This document shows positions 40,762 to 51,911 of a stretch of 64,000 nt of DNA, in pieces. The translations under genes were made by a program, and so were the position numbers. The notes under the pieces are model-generated. The model did no database searches and was not told the origin of the DNA. It saw only the letters and a program-made list of their open reading frames with translations. The DNA comes from Candidatus Eiseniibacteriota bacterium (lineage in GTDB: Bacteria; Eisenbacteria; RBG-16-71-46; CAVPCR01), in NCBI GenBank assembly GCA_963702435.1, contig CAVPCR010000003.1, positions 1-64,000 on the forward strand, written 5' to 3'. The number at the start of each line of letters is the position of its first letter. Position 1 is the stretch's first letter.

Positions 40762-42528
40762 TCAGGCTTCAAATTCTTCGATAAACTTTTTGAACATTTC
40801 TACGATATGGGGGTCGTACTTCCTGCCAGCATCATCATTAAGGATGCGCAAACTGTCATCCTTTGAGAGGGAAGATTTGTATGGACGCTCTGAGCGCAAA
40901 GCGTCCCAGGTGTCCACAACTGTAAAAATACGGGCGGGAAGGGGAATTTCTTCTCCTTTCAGGCCATAAGAATAACCCTTCCCATCCCAGTTTTCATGAT
41001 GGTAGCGTGGAATATCCAAAGCCGGTTCCAGAAAACGGATATCCTTGAGCATATCGAATGCAAAGACCGGATGCTTACGCATCACAGCCCATTCTTCATC
41101 GTTAAGTTGTCTGGGTTTGTGTAAAATCGTGTCGGAAATCCCCATTTTCCCAATATCGTGAAGAATTGCGCCTCTCCGGATGTTTACCAAATCTTCATCG
41201 GTAAAACCTATTTTGCGCGCCAATGCTACAGTCATATCGGAAACACGTTTTGTGTGTCCTTCTGTATCTTTATCACGAAGTTCAAGCGCTTTTGACCATC
41301 CCAACAAAGCACTGTCGTAGGCTTGCAACAAATCACTTTTTGATTGATTTAGGCTTCCTATCATTTGGTTAAAGGATTTAATTAAGACATTGATTTCATC
41401 ATTGGTCTCAAAACTAACATGAACATCCAAGTCCCCACCTGACACTGCCTCAGAGGCCTTTACCAACCCTAATAATGGTCGGGTGATCAAATTCGCCAGG
41501 TTGATACCAACCATAATTATGATAAACAACGCCAGGCCAATCAAGAAAACAATCTGTATCGAGTAAGAGGGGTTGGTTTAATGGCAAAATTATTTTGGAG
41601 CGCCGCCCCCAGGATTCCAAGATCCGCGTCTCCACGCACTTCCCAGGGAGCCAAAACTTCAGTATAGTTAAATATCAAAAACAGAAATATCACGTTGGTC
41701 TTGTACGTTTCTTATTTTACTTCGTTGCAGATCCTAATACCTCAATAATGCGGGAAGCAGTTTCATTGTCTAGTGGTACTGGCAAGGAAATGAAACTGCT
41801 TGCAATGGGTGAACCGTTAAATTCATAAAATGTAATTTGACCCAAAGATTTTTGATGGATGTTTGCTGCAAGCGTTTCTAGGGCTGTTCCAACTAATATC
41901 ATGCCAACGAATCAATACTCTGGATCATAGACAGGGCCAGATACATAGAAATAATTCCCCCAATCTGCTTGTACGAACCCCGAAAATTTGTCACCAAATG
42001 GGTCTTCCTGATTTTTCAGCACCTTATCCACAAAATCCCACGCTCGATATACACTCTCATCTCCACCAGTTGAAAAATCATAATCTTCCCGCACGCTCCC
42101 CCGTCTATGTCGCATGGAGAGTAGGGGATTACCGTACGGATCTAAGAATTCTGCAGCTTCTATCTGGTCATTAGCAACAATGCCGAATGATAATAGTCTT
42201 AATTTTTCAGGGTTATTCTCCGCAAATGTATCAGCCATTCCATCAGAATTTTCCAACAGCCTGAGCACTACCAGGAGCCTATCCTCTTCCTTTACAATAA
42301 GCTCTGATGAAAGCTGTCCGAGCTCACCCAGTTGATTATTAAACGCTCTTCAACCGTATCGAACACAACATTGGTGATTAAAAATGCTGCCGCAATAGAC
42401 ATCAATACAGCCAAGAAAAAATATAGCGCGGTAATTTTTGCCCAAATCGGTATTTTTCGAGGAGGTTCATTTCCTTTACGAACAAGAAAATTAGGTACAA
42501 GACGATTGGGATTGAATTTCTGCTTCAT
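40762..42528 (-). CDS. Membrane sensor with extracytoplasmic domain, HAMP and HD-GYP domain (indels)
   Basis: TM1 (KITALYFFLAV), TM2-HAMP (ITRPLLGLVKASEAVSGGDL..DEI..L..SFNQM), ILHDIGK, HHENWDGKGYSYGLKGEEIP, DALRSERPYK. Confidence 0.9.
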
Positions 42529-42819
42529 GGATGTTCCGAAATCGATCTTTATTAACTCCATACGGGTGTTCAGGTTTCGTACTATCCATTTTCTTCATGG
42601 CTCACCACAAAACTCACACTACCAATGCTATTTTACCAAGCACAGGCCTATACAACAGTTTTGTAACGCTCTTGTGATATATGGGCAGAGAGTTCCAAGT
42701 ATCGAAAACAAAGTGAGGATGTTATTACGAGGAGGACGAAACCCGACGAAGCAATCTCTTTATAAAGACAGGGATTGCTTCGCCCTTACAGACTCCCAAC
42801 GGTGGATTTGGGAACTTTT

Positions 42820-42955
42820 ACAAAGAAAAGATGAACATAGGAGCCTATGCACAAAGTCACTATGACGGATAATCAATTAATCTTTATTGAGGCGTTTTGC
42901 GCTAAAATCAGAAACGGATTGGATCGAGCCGACTTTAATGCTAAGAAGCAGATTA
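42820..42955 (+). pseudogene. Possible remnant of a large serine recombinase C-terminus
   Basis: KVTMTDNQLIFIEAFCAKIRNGLDRADFNAKKQI resembles, from memory, post-coiled-coil tails of large serine recombinases (..F..K+.I); sits next to the island end. Confidence 0.45.
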
Positions 42956-43122
42956 ACCCAAGTTGCCACCTTGATTTTTTAAATGCAAATGCTGGCTTCC
43001 AAATTTCCTTATCCACTTCAGTTTATGCCCAAAATTAGCCTCAAAAGCATTCTATTACACCTTCAGCATATATTACACGAATAGGTAGCAACTTGAGTTA
43101 GATTATCCAACTACCTCGATAC

Positions 43123-43781
43123 TCTCGGCACGTTTGCCACCAGTCCTGAAAACGCCGCGTACTATGTTATCGGGAACGCTATCCAGATCACCGCGGTCAG
43201 CGGAACCTTCGGCGTGACAATGAGCGTGGGCGGCGAGCGCGAGACAGGGACTCTTCCCTGATCTATTTGGCACACCCGCCAACCGCATCGTCACCTTCTT
43301 TGGCCGCGCCTTCATGCACATCATTGACGGGATGCTGGGCGTGGTCATCGCTCTCGTCTGGGGCGTGATTCTGTTCAACCTCGACCTGTCTCACAGCAAT
43401 CTGTCCACGCTCGCACTGACGATATTCATCACCACCCTCAGCACTTGTGCGCTGGGACTCTTGCTAGGTTGCATGAGTCTCATCACGGTCAACGTGATGT
43501 TCATCAACAACTTTGTCTACTTTGCCCTGCTCATATTTTCGGGCGCGAACGTGCCGATTGAAAAAATTCCCCGCCATCATGCAGTCTGTCTCGTGGGCCT
43601 TGCCGCTGACGCGCGGCATCGCCGCGGCGCGCCTGCTGGTGGGTGGCGCGGCAATGAGCGAAGTTCATCCCTGCTGTGGAGCGAACTGGGAATCGGTCTG
43701 CTCTACGGCCTGCTGGGATATTTCCTTTTTGCGTGGTTCGAGGTTCAGGCAAAACGACACGGTACGTTGGAAGTGTTCTAA
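43123..43781 (+). pseudogene. 5'-truncated diverged second copy of the ABC-2 permease
   Basis: Starts at the LGTFATSPENAA equivalent, no start codon or first ~47 codons; ends GTLEVF*; many synonymous differences from the copy at 30091. Confidence 0.85.
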
Positions 43782-43888
43782 TTCAACTTACACGGGAAAT
43801 TGGGGATTGAATCGCGGGTGGAAAAGTTCTATACTGAAAGTGAGTTCAAATTTGAGTTCGTTCTTCCTAATTCCACAGGAGGTGTGAG

Positions 43889-44209
43889 ATGAAAACCGAT
43901 TCAGTTCAATCCAATTGGAGACCAAGTTCCCGTCTCGGCTGGTGGGCGGTGGGACTGATGGCCGCGTACGTGGTGATGTACATCATCACCATGGCGGTGA
44001 TAGCCTTGCGGTTAAGCCTACCGCCTGTCTACGGCATTTTCATGCTGTTGTGTGGACTGGCCGCAGGGATTGTCGGCCTGGTCGCAATCGTGAAGCAACA
44101 CGAGCGCTCGTGGTTGGTGTGGGTTGCGTTGCTACCAGGGATATTCGTAATTTTCCTCCTGCTCGGTGAGTTTCTGGTGCCACTCATTTTTCCTGAGCTT
44201 GCACATTAA
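43889..44209 (+). CDS. Small three-TM membrane protein
   Basis: AGGAGGTG RBS, TTGAAT-17-TATACT promoter at 43807-43835, hydrophobic ORF with HERSWLVW motif. Confidence 0.8.
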   Translation: MKTDSVQSNWRPSSRLGWWAVGLMAAYVVMYIITMAVIALRLSLPPVYGIFMLLCGLAAGIVGLVAIVKQHERSWLVWVALLPGIFVIFLLLGEFLVPLIFPELAH

Positions 44210-44229
44210 TTCATGGGTGTGTGAAAATT

Positions 44230-44266
44230 AAAAAGGAGGCCCGTCGCTTGAACGGGCCTCCTTTTT
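44230..44266. terminator. Bidirectional terminator
   Basis: aaaaaggaggcccgt-loop-acgggcctccttttt between convergent genes. Confidence 0.9.
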
Positions 44267-44280
44267 CTACTTTCTACTTG

Positions 44281-47200
44281 CTATTTGCCCTGATCATGCG
44301 GCACCGTGACCATCACAGAGACGGTCGTGGTCGCGCCGCAGGTGTTGGTCACCAGATAGGTGAGGGTATAGATGCGGCCACTCCCACTCCCAGAGCGTTC
44401 GGCACGCAGTTTGACGGTGTCGTTATCCACGATGATGATGTCGTTGGCGGTATCGCCGTCGCCCAATCCATTGTCAGGTTCGTTGGATGTGACCGAGACC
44501 AGCGTGACAGAGGCCGCATCGCTCGAAGTCACGAAGGATGCGTTCACCGTCACATACTTATGGTTGGCAGGCCACAGGCTGGTCTTCGAGAGCGTGACCG
44601 CCAAGGTCGGTCTCTGGCACAGGCCAATGATCACCGAGTCATGATCCGAGACGCGGAACTGGTCAGGCGCGTACAGGATGTTTTGCAGGTTGACGGTTTT
44701 GAAATCGGTGTTGTAATCCAGCACGGAAGGCTCGTCCGAGTTGATGTGATAGTCACCGACGCCCGTGATCTGCGAAACAATGGAGGCCGAACCAAGCGCG
44801 TGGTCGAGATAGCCCCATTGGCCGTCGAACACGTACGAGTACGCGTCAGCTCCAAGGAAGGATGAGATCAGGTTGGTGAAGCCCGCGTTGTGGATGACCA
44901 TGATCGGGTCTTCCATCGCGTAGGAGTTGTAGTCGCCGATCAACAGGATGTCGGGATCGCCCGTCCCCGTCGGGTCGGTGGCGAGCCAGTTCATCAGTTC
45001 GGTCGCCGCGTTGACGCGCACCTGGTTGCAGTTGCCCTGTCCATCGCCCTGGTCGGGCAGATCGCAGGCACTGCCCTTGCTCTTGAGATGGTTCACATCC
45101 ACAATGAAGACCTGTCCATTGGCATTTTGCGCGAAGGCCTGCGCCACTGTGGGGCGACTGCGCGGCGCGCTGTCACCGCCATTGACAAATGCAACCGTGT
45201 TAAGCACAGCCGTTTGTCCAACGGGTGTCACACTGGCTGGTTTGTAGATCATGCCTACTTTGATGGCATCCGTGCCCATGGCGTTGAGTTGACCGGTATT
45301 CGCGTCCACGTCAATAAAAGCATACGTGCCGGGCGCGGTGGCCGCGTTGAGTTGATCCACCAAATGTGCGATGGCGCTGGTCGGACCGTAGCCATCGTTC
45401 TCGATCTCATTGACGCCGATCACATCGGGATTCATCGCGAGGATCGCGGCGACGGTTTTCGGCCATTGGCGGTCAAACTCGGACTGTGTGTCTGCTCCAC
45501 GACAATCGGCCGCCGCGCCGCCGACGCCGAGCGCGCAGTTATCCACGTTGTCAGGCAGGCCGTCGAAGGTGTTGAAGTAGTTGAGCAGGTTCATGCCCAC
45601 CACTTTGAGCGACCCGCCCACTTCGGGAGCGGAGGTCGGGCGCGGGTTGGTCGGCTCAAAGTTGACATAGCCATTCAAAGCGTTGATCGGGCGAATGCGA
45701 TAGGCGTTGCCACTGGCAGAATTACCTGCCCAAGTGTAGTTCAGCACACCAACAATACCAGTCGCGGTATCGCCGCCGCGCAGGGTATTGCTCGCGCTGA
45801 GTGGAAGTCCGCCGCGGGCGAACAGGATCGGGTCAGGGTTTTGTGTCTGGGAGGCGTCATCCAAAATGATCTTGTTCAAATTATTGGCGACTTGCAAAGC
45901 ATCTGCCAACGGACCCGGTTGCATAGATATTGGTCGGTTGCTGGAGTCTTCCACCAGATGAGAGAACCACCTGGCCAAAGCGACCAAGTTGGAAGTGCTC
46001 GGTCACATACATGGTCTGTGGCAGGCGGACAAGCATACCTTCATATCGTTCAAGGAAATCAGGCGAGGCAACAGGGAAGGTCACATCGGTTGGGGTGACA
46101 GAACCCGTACCGCAGTTGACAATCGTTCCAACGGAGATTTGCGATTGTCCCTGATTTTCACCAGCTGTTCCAGTCACACGAACAATATCGCCCAGGCTGA
46201 CGGTATTGGCATTGCTACCCTCAAAGACGAAGATACCATCGGACGTAGCGGGATTTCCATCGCCGACCGGGTCTTGAATGAAGAAGCCGCGCAAGGCTGG
46301 GGATGCTCCCTCATAATCACCAACGACAACACCTTGTGTTGTTTGTGAACCAGTCAAAGCAACCGTTGCGCCACTACCCTGAATGGAATAGATCGGCGTG
46401 TACGCGACAGTGCACACATCGTAAGGTGAGAAGCCGACAGTGAAATCAAGAACCATGTTATCAGGCGGGTCGTTGGCATCCTGATCAGTAACATTGGCTG
46501 CATAGACGGTCAATGTGCAGGTTTCGCCGCCGACAAGATTTACAGCCGGGTCAAGCGTGAAGCTGGAAGGTCCGCCGCTGACTATGGCAGAAACAATCCC
46601 GCTGGTGGAGCAGGATAATTCGAACCATGAACCAGTCAGGTCAACAGGCTCGCTGAACGTTACATTCAGATTAGCCGCGATCGGAAAGTCAGTTGCACCG
46701 TCAACAGGATAGGTGCTATCAACTTCAGGAGCCGCGTCAATGGGTGAGCAAGTAGCTGTATGGGAACCCAGTCCGCCAAAAGTGTCCTGAGCAAAGATCT
46801 CCCATTCCAAAGCCGCATCAAATGTATCGCCTGAGTTAGTATCGCCAGCACAAATGGTCTCAGCACGGCGCAGGGTGTCATTCTCACCGCCACCAGGCCA
46901 TTGGCTACCCGGGTCAAAGCCAACCTGACCGAATGCATCAATGACTGTAGTTCCTTTGCGAAGCAAAACCGCATCGTCACCGTTGAACCGAAGCGGTCCC
47001 TGCGGTTTGATCAGCCTGGGCAAGAATGATAGCGTTGGCGTTGGTGGGCGCAACTACGTAAACATCGCCATTTGCAACAGTGCCGCTCAGGTTGAATGGT
47101 AAACGTTGAGGTTCCCCATTAAACGACATAAACACGTTATATCCACCCGCTCCCAAATTTATTGCGGCGCCAGTACCATTATAGATCTCAAGCGCCTTAT

Positions 47201-47339
47201 TATTGCTGGAGCCTTCGATATACTCTGAAAAGAACAATTCTGTTGGCGTGGCCGCTTGCGCGCCCTGCACTGGCATAGAAGCAAGCATCAGCGCCAGAAT
47301 AACAAAAACAGAAAACACCTTGGGCAACGACTTCTTCAT
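44281..47339 (-). CDS. ExeM/NucH-family extracellular endonuclease (signal peptide, LTD, Big_5, OB-fold, EEP, C-terminal domain; indels)
   Basis: FFSEYIEGSSNNKALEIYN (LTD), GFFIQD..SDGIFV, NLLNYFN, EIEND, NHLKSKG, GDYNSY, LDHAL, SDHD. Confidence 0.93.
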
Positions 47340-47569
47340 GCGATTCTCCTTATGAGGTTATGGGTTTTGAACGTGGCTTACATGGACAAAAAACTGGTTC
47401 CGCAAAGTCATGGCTCTCAGGCGATGTGCCTCCTTGGTTTAATGGTTGTCACTCATCCGATCAACCCCACTTCAATATCATTGTATGTTAGATCCTAACA
47501 AAAATGCAAGCAATGGAAGTTCAAAAAACGAACAACCGTGCCTTGTTCCGAACTGCTATAATCCGCCGC

Positions 47570-48400
47570 ATGGATTCGTCCCCATCTCCCCGCCCGCGCT
47601 TCTGGACGCGCGCAACTCGTCCATTTTGCTGGGCGGGTTTTTCCTTGTCATTTTCCTGATCGTCTACATTTGGTGGCCGCTGGCGGAGGAAGTTCTTTCG
47701 TACATTGACTGGAGCGGTCCGTGGTGGCGTTACATGGACTGGCTGCTGCTCGGCGTGTTCGCTTTCATGTCGCTGACCATCGTCGCCCGCGCGGACTTGA
47801 AGGTTGACACGCTGATCGTTTTTGTGGGCGATGTGCGGAGGGCTGGCCATCGAGAGTCTGGGGCACGCAGACGAACTTGTGGCATTACTACACCGCTGAA
47901 CGTCCGCCGCTGTGGATCATCCCCGCCTGGCCAATTGCGAGTTTGTCCATTGATCGGATAACAAGGCTTCTTTCTTATTTAACCACAAAGGTCACGAAGG
48001 AACACAAAGGGGATTCGTTCCTTATTCAAATTGCTTTACTGGCTAACCTTCCTTCCTTTCTGATTTTGATGTTGATCTTCGTTTCGCGCCGACATTCGAC
48101 AAGTCTTATACCTGGCTTTCCTTGGCATTATGCGTTCTCCTCATTATGACTCCGACCGATTATCGCTACGCCTTCCTGACCTTCGTGGCGGGCGCGGGGC
48201 TGGGATATTTCCTCGAATTGTGGGGGACAACCCGCGAGTGCTGGACATATTACACCTATCAAACTCCGCCGCTGTTCGCGGTGTTGGCGCATGGCATGGC
48301 CGCGGTCGCGTTTTGGCGCGCGGGATTGGTGGTGAAAATGATCGGGGGAAGAGTCCCGCGTGGGTGGACGCGGCAGGCCAAAGTCCGGGAAGAAGCGTAG
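47570..48400 (+). CDS. Multi-TM membrane protein of unknown function (indels)
   Basis: Two internal repeats with E.WGT....W.YY...PPL motifs. Confidence 0.75.
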
Positions 48401-48458
48401 AAATCTCGCACTCATTGATCATCGCCAATATAGAGTGGCATATAATCCCGTCGACCTA

Positions 48459-48485
48459 TAATAAACTGACATGTCCGGTTTATTA
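48459..48485. promoter_or_regulatory. TetR-type palindromic operator
   Basis: TAATAAACtgacatgtccgGTTTATTA just upstream of the TetR gene. Confidence 0.7.
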
Positions 48486-48498
48486 AAATAAGGAAAAT

Positions 48499-49193
48499 AT
48501 GCCACAGCGTTTATTAAACCTATCGAAGAAGATTATGCCGCAAGTCGCAAGGAAATTTTGGATGTCGCCCGCCAGTTGGTGTATACCAAGGGCTACGAGC
48601 AGATGTCCATCCAGGATATTCTGGATGCGATGAAGATCTCGAAGGGGGCGTTTTACCATTACTTTGATTCCAAACAGGATGTTGATGGACGGTTTGATCG
48701 ACCGCATGCTCGATGATGCGGAACTGATCCTGCGCCCCATTGCAGACAACCCCGAACTCTCTGCCATCGAAAAATTGCGCTCTTATTTCGACGCGGGCGG
48801 ACGTTGGAAGGTGGCGCAGAAAGCGTTCATGCTCGACCTGTTGCGGATCTGGCGCTCGGACACGAACGCCCTCATGCGACAAAAGCAGGAAGCCGCGGCG
48901 ATGAAGCGCATTGCGCCCGTGCTGGCCGAGATCATCCGACAGGGGATCGCGGAGGGCGTGTTCTCCACGAAATATCCCGAACAATTTGGGAGCATGCTCA
49001 TGGGGTTGTCGCGCGGCTTCGAGGATCGGTGGCGAACCTGTTGCTGGCCGATCATCCCCCGCCCGACGCGTTGGAACAACTGGACGCGGCCATCGGCGCG
49101 TATTCCGATTCGATGGAACGGATCCTGGGCGCGCCCACTGGTTCCCTGCCGCTGGCCGATATTGAAACGTTGAAAGAATGGTTATCCATTTAG
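48499..49193 (+). CDS. TetR/AcrR-family regulator (indels)
   Basis: EILDVARQLVYTKGYEQMSIQDILDAMKISKGAFYHYFDSK. Confidence 0.9.
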
Positions 49194-49294
49194 CACAGTA
49201 CCGCACACTGCCCTGGCGGGCAGTGCCAGGGAGATTTATCTTGCGATTACAGGCAACATAAATGTTGCGAGTACCGCAAAACAAGGAGACAAGA

Positions 49295-50557
49295 ATGATC
49301 CTCTACCTGCGCCTCGCATGGCGCAACATCTGGCGGCACCGCCGCCGCACCATCAACATCATCCTGGCCATGAGTTTGAGCCTCGGCTTGATGATGTGGT
49401 ACGACGGTCTGATTGATGGTTTCAACAACGCCATCTACGGGAACGCCATCCGCGTGCTGGGCGGCAACATCCAGATCCACGCGGCGGGCTACCGCGCAAA
49501 GGTGGACAGCAACCCGCTCCTCCCGTTGGCGGATGACGCGGCCGTCGTCCAGGCCGCGCTTGCGCACCCCGACGTCATCTCGGCCACGCGTCGCATCCAG
49601 ACGGGCGGACTGCTCAGCAATCGCGAGGGCGCCTTCGGCGTCAGCATCATCGGCATTGACCCTGACGCGGAGGCCGCGCTCATCAAAGAAGGAAACGACG
49701 CGGGCAAGCCGCTCAGCCTGATCGCGCAGAACATCAAAGAGGGCGAGTGGCTGACCGCGGACGGCGGCGATGTGATCCTGATCGGCCGCGGCATGGCGGA
49801 TGTGATGGATGTGAAAGTCGGCGACCGCATCACGATGGTCGGAAGCGACATTCACAAGCAGAACCGCCAGCGCACGATGACCGTTGTCGGCATTTACGAT
49901 ATCGGCATCCCCACGATGGAAAGGCAGTCCGCTTACATTCCGTTGGCGGAGGCGCAGGCCTTGTTCGGCCTGGACGGACAGTCCACCGAGATTCAGGTCA
50001 ACATCAAGCGGCTCGGCGAAGAGGACAAGGTTGTGTCCGCGCTGGCGCCTGCTCTGCCTGGCTACGAGGTCGAATCGTGGAATAAGAATTATCCCGAACT
50101 GGAAACCGCCATCAACAGCAAGGGCGCGGCGATGACCGTCTTCGGCATCATCATCATCTCCATCGCGGCGATCGGCATCCTGAACCTGTTGCTGATGGCC
50201 GTCTACGAGCGGACGCGTGAGATCGGTCTGCTCGGCGCGATGGGAATGAAGCCGCGCCAGATCGCGACATTGTTCGTGCTCGAAGGCGCGCTGATCGGAC
50301 TGGTCGGCGCGGCCGCAGGCGTGGTGGTCGGATTGATCATCAACGGCATCTCCGCCCAGGTCGGGTTGGATTACACCGCCTACGCCTCCATGAGCGATTA
50401 CATGGCGCTGATCAACAGCCGCATTTATCCCTCGATGGGATTGCAGAATCTGGGCTGGCGCGCTGGCACCGTGGTGCTCATCTCCACGCTGGCCGCCTTC
50501 ATCCCCGCCCGCGAAGCCTCGCACCGCGAACCCGCGGAGGCGTTGCATTACGTTTAG
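49295..50557 (+). CDS. MacB/LolE-type ABC permease
   Basis: LAWRNIWRHRRRT, YERTREIGLLGAMG, EPAEALH. Confidence 0.92.
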   Translation: MILYLRLAWRNIWRHRRRTINIILAMSLSLGLMMWYDGLIDGFNNAIYGNAIRVLGGNIQIHAAGYRAKVDSNPLLPLADDAAVVQAALAHPDVISATRRIQTGGLLSNREGAFGVSIIGIDPDAEAALIKEGNDAGKPLSLIAQNIKEGEWLTADGGDVILIGRGMADVMDVKVGDRITMVGSDIHKQNRQRTMTVVGIYDIGIPTMERQSAYIPLAEAQALFGLDGQSTEIQVNIKRLGEEDKVVSALAPALPGYEVESWNKNYPELETAINSKGAAMTVFGIIIISIAAIGILNLLLMAVYERTREIGLLGAMGMKPRQIATLFVLEGALIGLVGAAAGVVVGLIINGISAQVGLDYTAYASMSDYMALINSRIYPSMGLQNLGWRAGTVVLISTLAAFIPAREASHREPAEALHYV

Positions 50558-50561
50558 CAAA

Positions 50562-50656
50562 AAACCTGACATGTCTCCGCGAGGAACTCGCCAACAATGG
50601 CTCTGTCCATACAAAGAAGTCTGATCGTCAGACTCCCAATGAGACATGTCAGGTTT
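50562..50656. repeat. REP/MITE-like element with 16-bp inverted ends
   Basis: aaacctgacatgtctc ... gagacatgtcaggttt, internal agtctga-tcg-tcagact hairpin. Confidence 0.65.
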
Positions 50657-50668
50657 GGAGAACACACT

Positions 50669-51894
50669 ATGTTCCAACTCTTCAAAATGGCCTTCCGCGA
50701 TCTGGGACGCAACAAACGCCGCACGCTCCTTTCGGCGCTGGCGGTGACGGTGGGATTGGGCATGCTCATCATGATGTCGGGCGTGCTGGTCGGCGAAATG
50801 CAAGGCGCACTCAAGAACACCATCCAACTGTTCAGCGGACATCTCCAGATCCGCGGTTTGAATTACGATGAAAACAAGATCAGCCTGAAATGGGAAGACT
50901 TGATCGAAAACCCGCAGGGACTGGCAGACACGGTCAAGGCGCAATATCCGCAGATCGTGGACGCGACCCCGCGCCTCGTCGCGAGCGGAATCGTGACACG
51001 CGGCGAAAATTCCCGTGGAGTCCAGGTCATCGGCACTTGACCCCGAAGCGCAGGCGAACCAGGTCTATCGTCAAGGTTTGATCGAAGGCGACTTCCTCGC
51101 CACCGACGACCGCGAGGGAATCCTCATCGGTCAACCGCTGGCAGAGAAATTCGGTCTCGCAGTCGGCGAGCAGATCAACCTGCTGGTCAACACCTCCAAC
51201 GGCGATGTGGTCGAGCAAATGTTCACCATCCGCGGCATCTACACCACCAACACGTTTGGCTACGATGAAAGCACGGTTTTCCTGCCGCTCGCCAAGGCGC
51301 AGACCATCACGGGTGCGGAGGATCGCGCCAGCCTGATCTTCATCATGTTGAAGGATAAAGAGCAGGCCGAGACCGTCGCCGCGGCGTTGCAATCGCCGGA
51401 CTACACGGTTGTCACCTGGCGAGACATGAACGCTATGATCGTCCAGGTGGATGAATTTGCCAACGCCTACATGACCATCTTCTATCTCATCGTGCTGGGC
51501 ATCACCGCCACCGTCGTCTCGAACACGCTGGTCATGTCGGTCTTCGAGCGGACGCGCGAGATCGGCATCCTGGCCGCCATCGGCATGAAGGGACGCCGCA
51601 TCCTGGCGCAGTTCCTGGTCGAGGCCGCGCTCATTGCCACCCTCGGCGTCATCGGCGGAATTATCTTTGGCGGCGCGATCACGTACTATTTCGGCGTCAC
51701 CGGTTTCCCGATGGACATCAGCAAGTTTGGTCTGACAGGCATTCTGATCGAAAACAGGATCTACACCCAACTGACCCTCAACAACGTCATCTACCTGAGT
51801 TTCCTCACATACATTGTCACCATCGTCGCCTCATTCGCCCCCGCCCGCATGGCCTCCCGCATGGAGCCAGTGGAAGCATTGCACGGAAAAGTAA
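50669..51894 (+). CDS. MacB/LolE-type ABC permease (indels)
   Basis: [34 protein letters not shown]. Confidence 0.9.
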
Positions 51895-51911
51895 AGGAAG
51901 GAGAAATAAAC

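Larger units (their letters stand above)
30232..43122. mobile_element. Putative genomic island integrated in the permease gene
   Basis: Bounded by diverged direct copies of the permease 3' ~660 bp (30232-30893 and 43123-43781); AT-richer at 40-43 kb; recombinase-like remnant near the right end. Confidence 0.65.

Noticed and set aside
43123..43781. Simple assembly duplication of the permease
   Set aside because: The copies differ at many synonymous positions and some residues, beyond what read error would give
49247..50944. Long antisense ORFs (also 3110-4492, 5530-6642, 44890-46098)
   Set aside because: Shadows of GC-rich sense genes with no recognisable motifs
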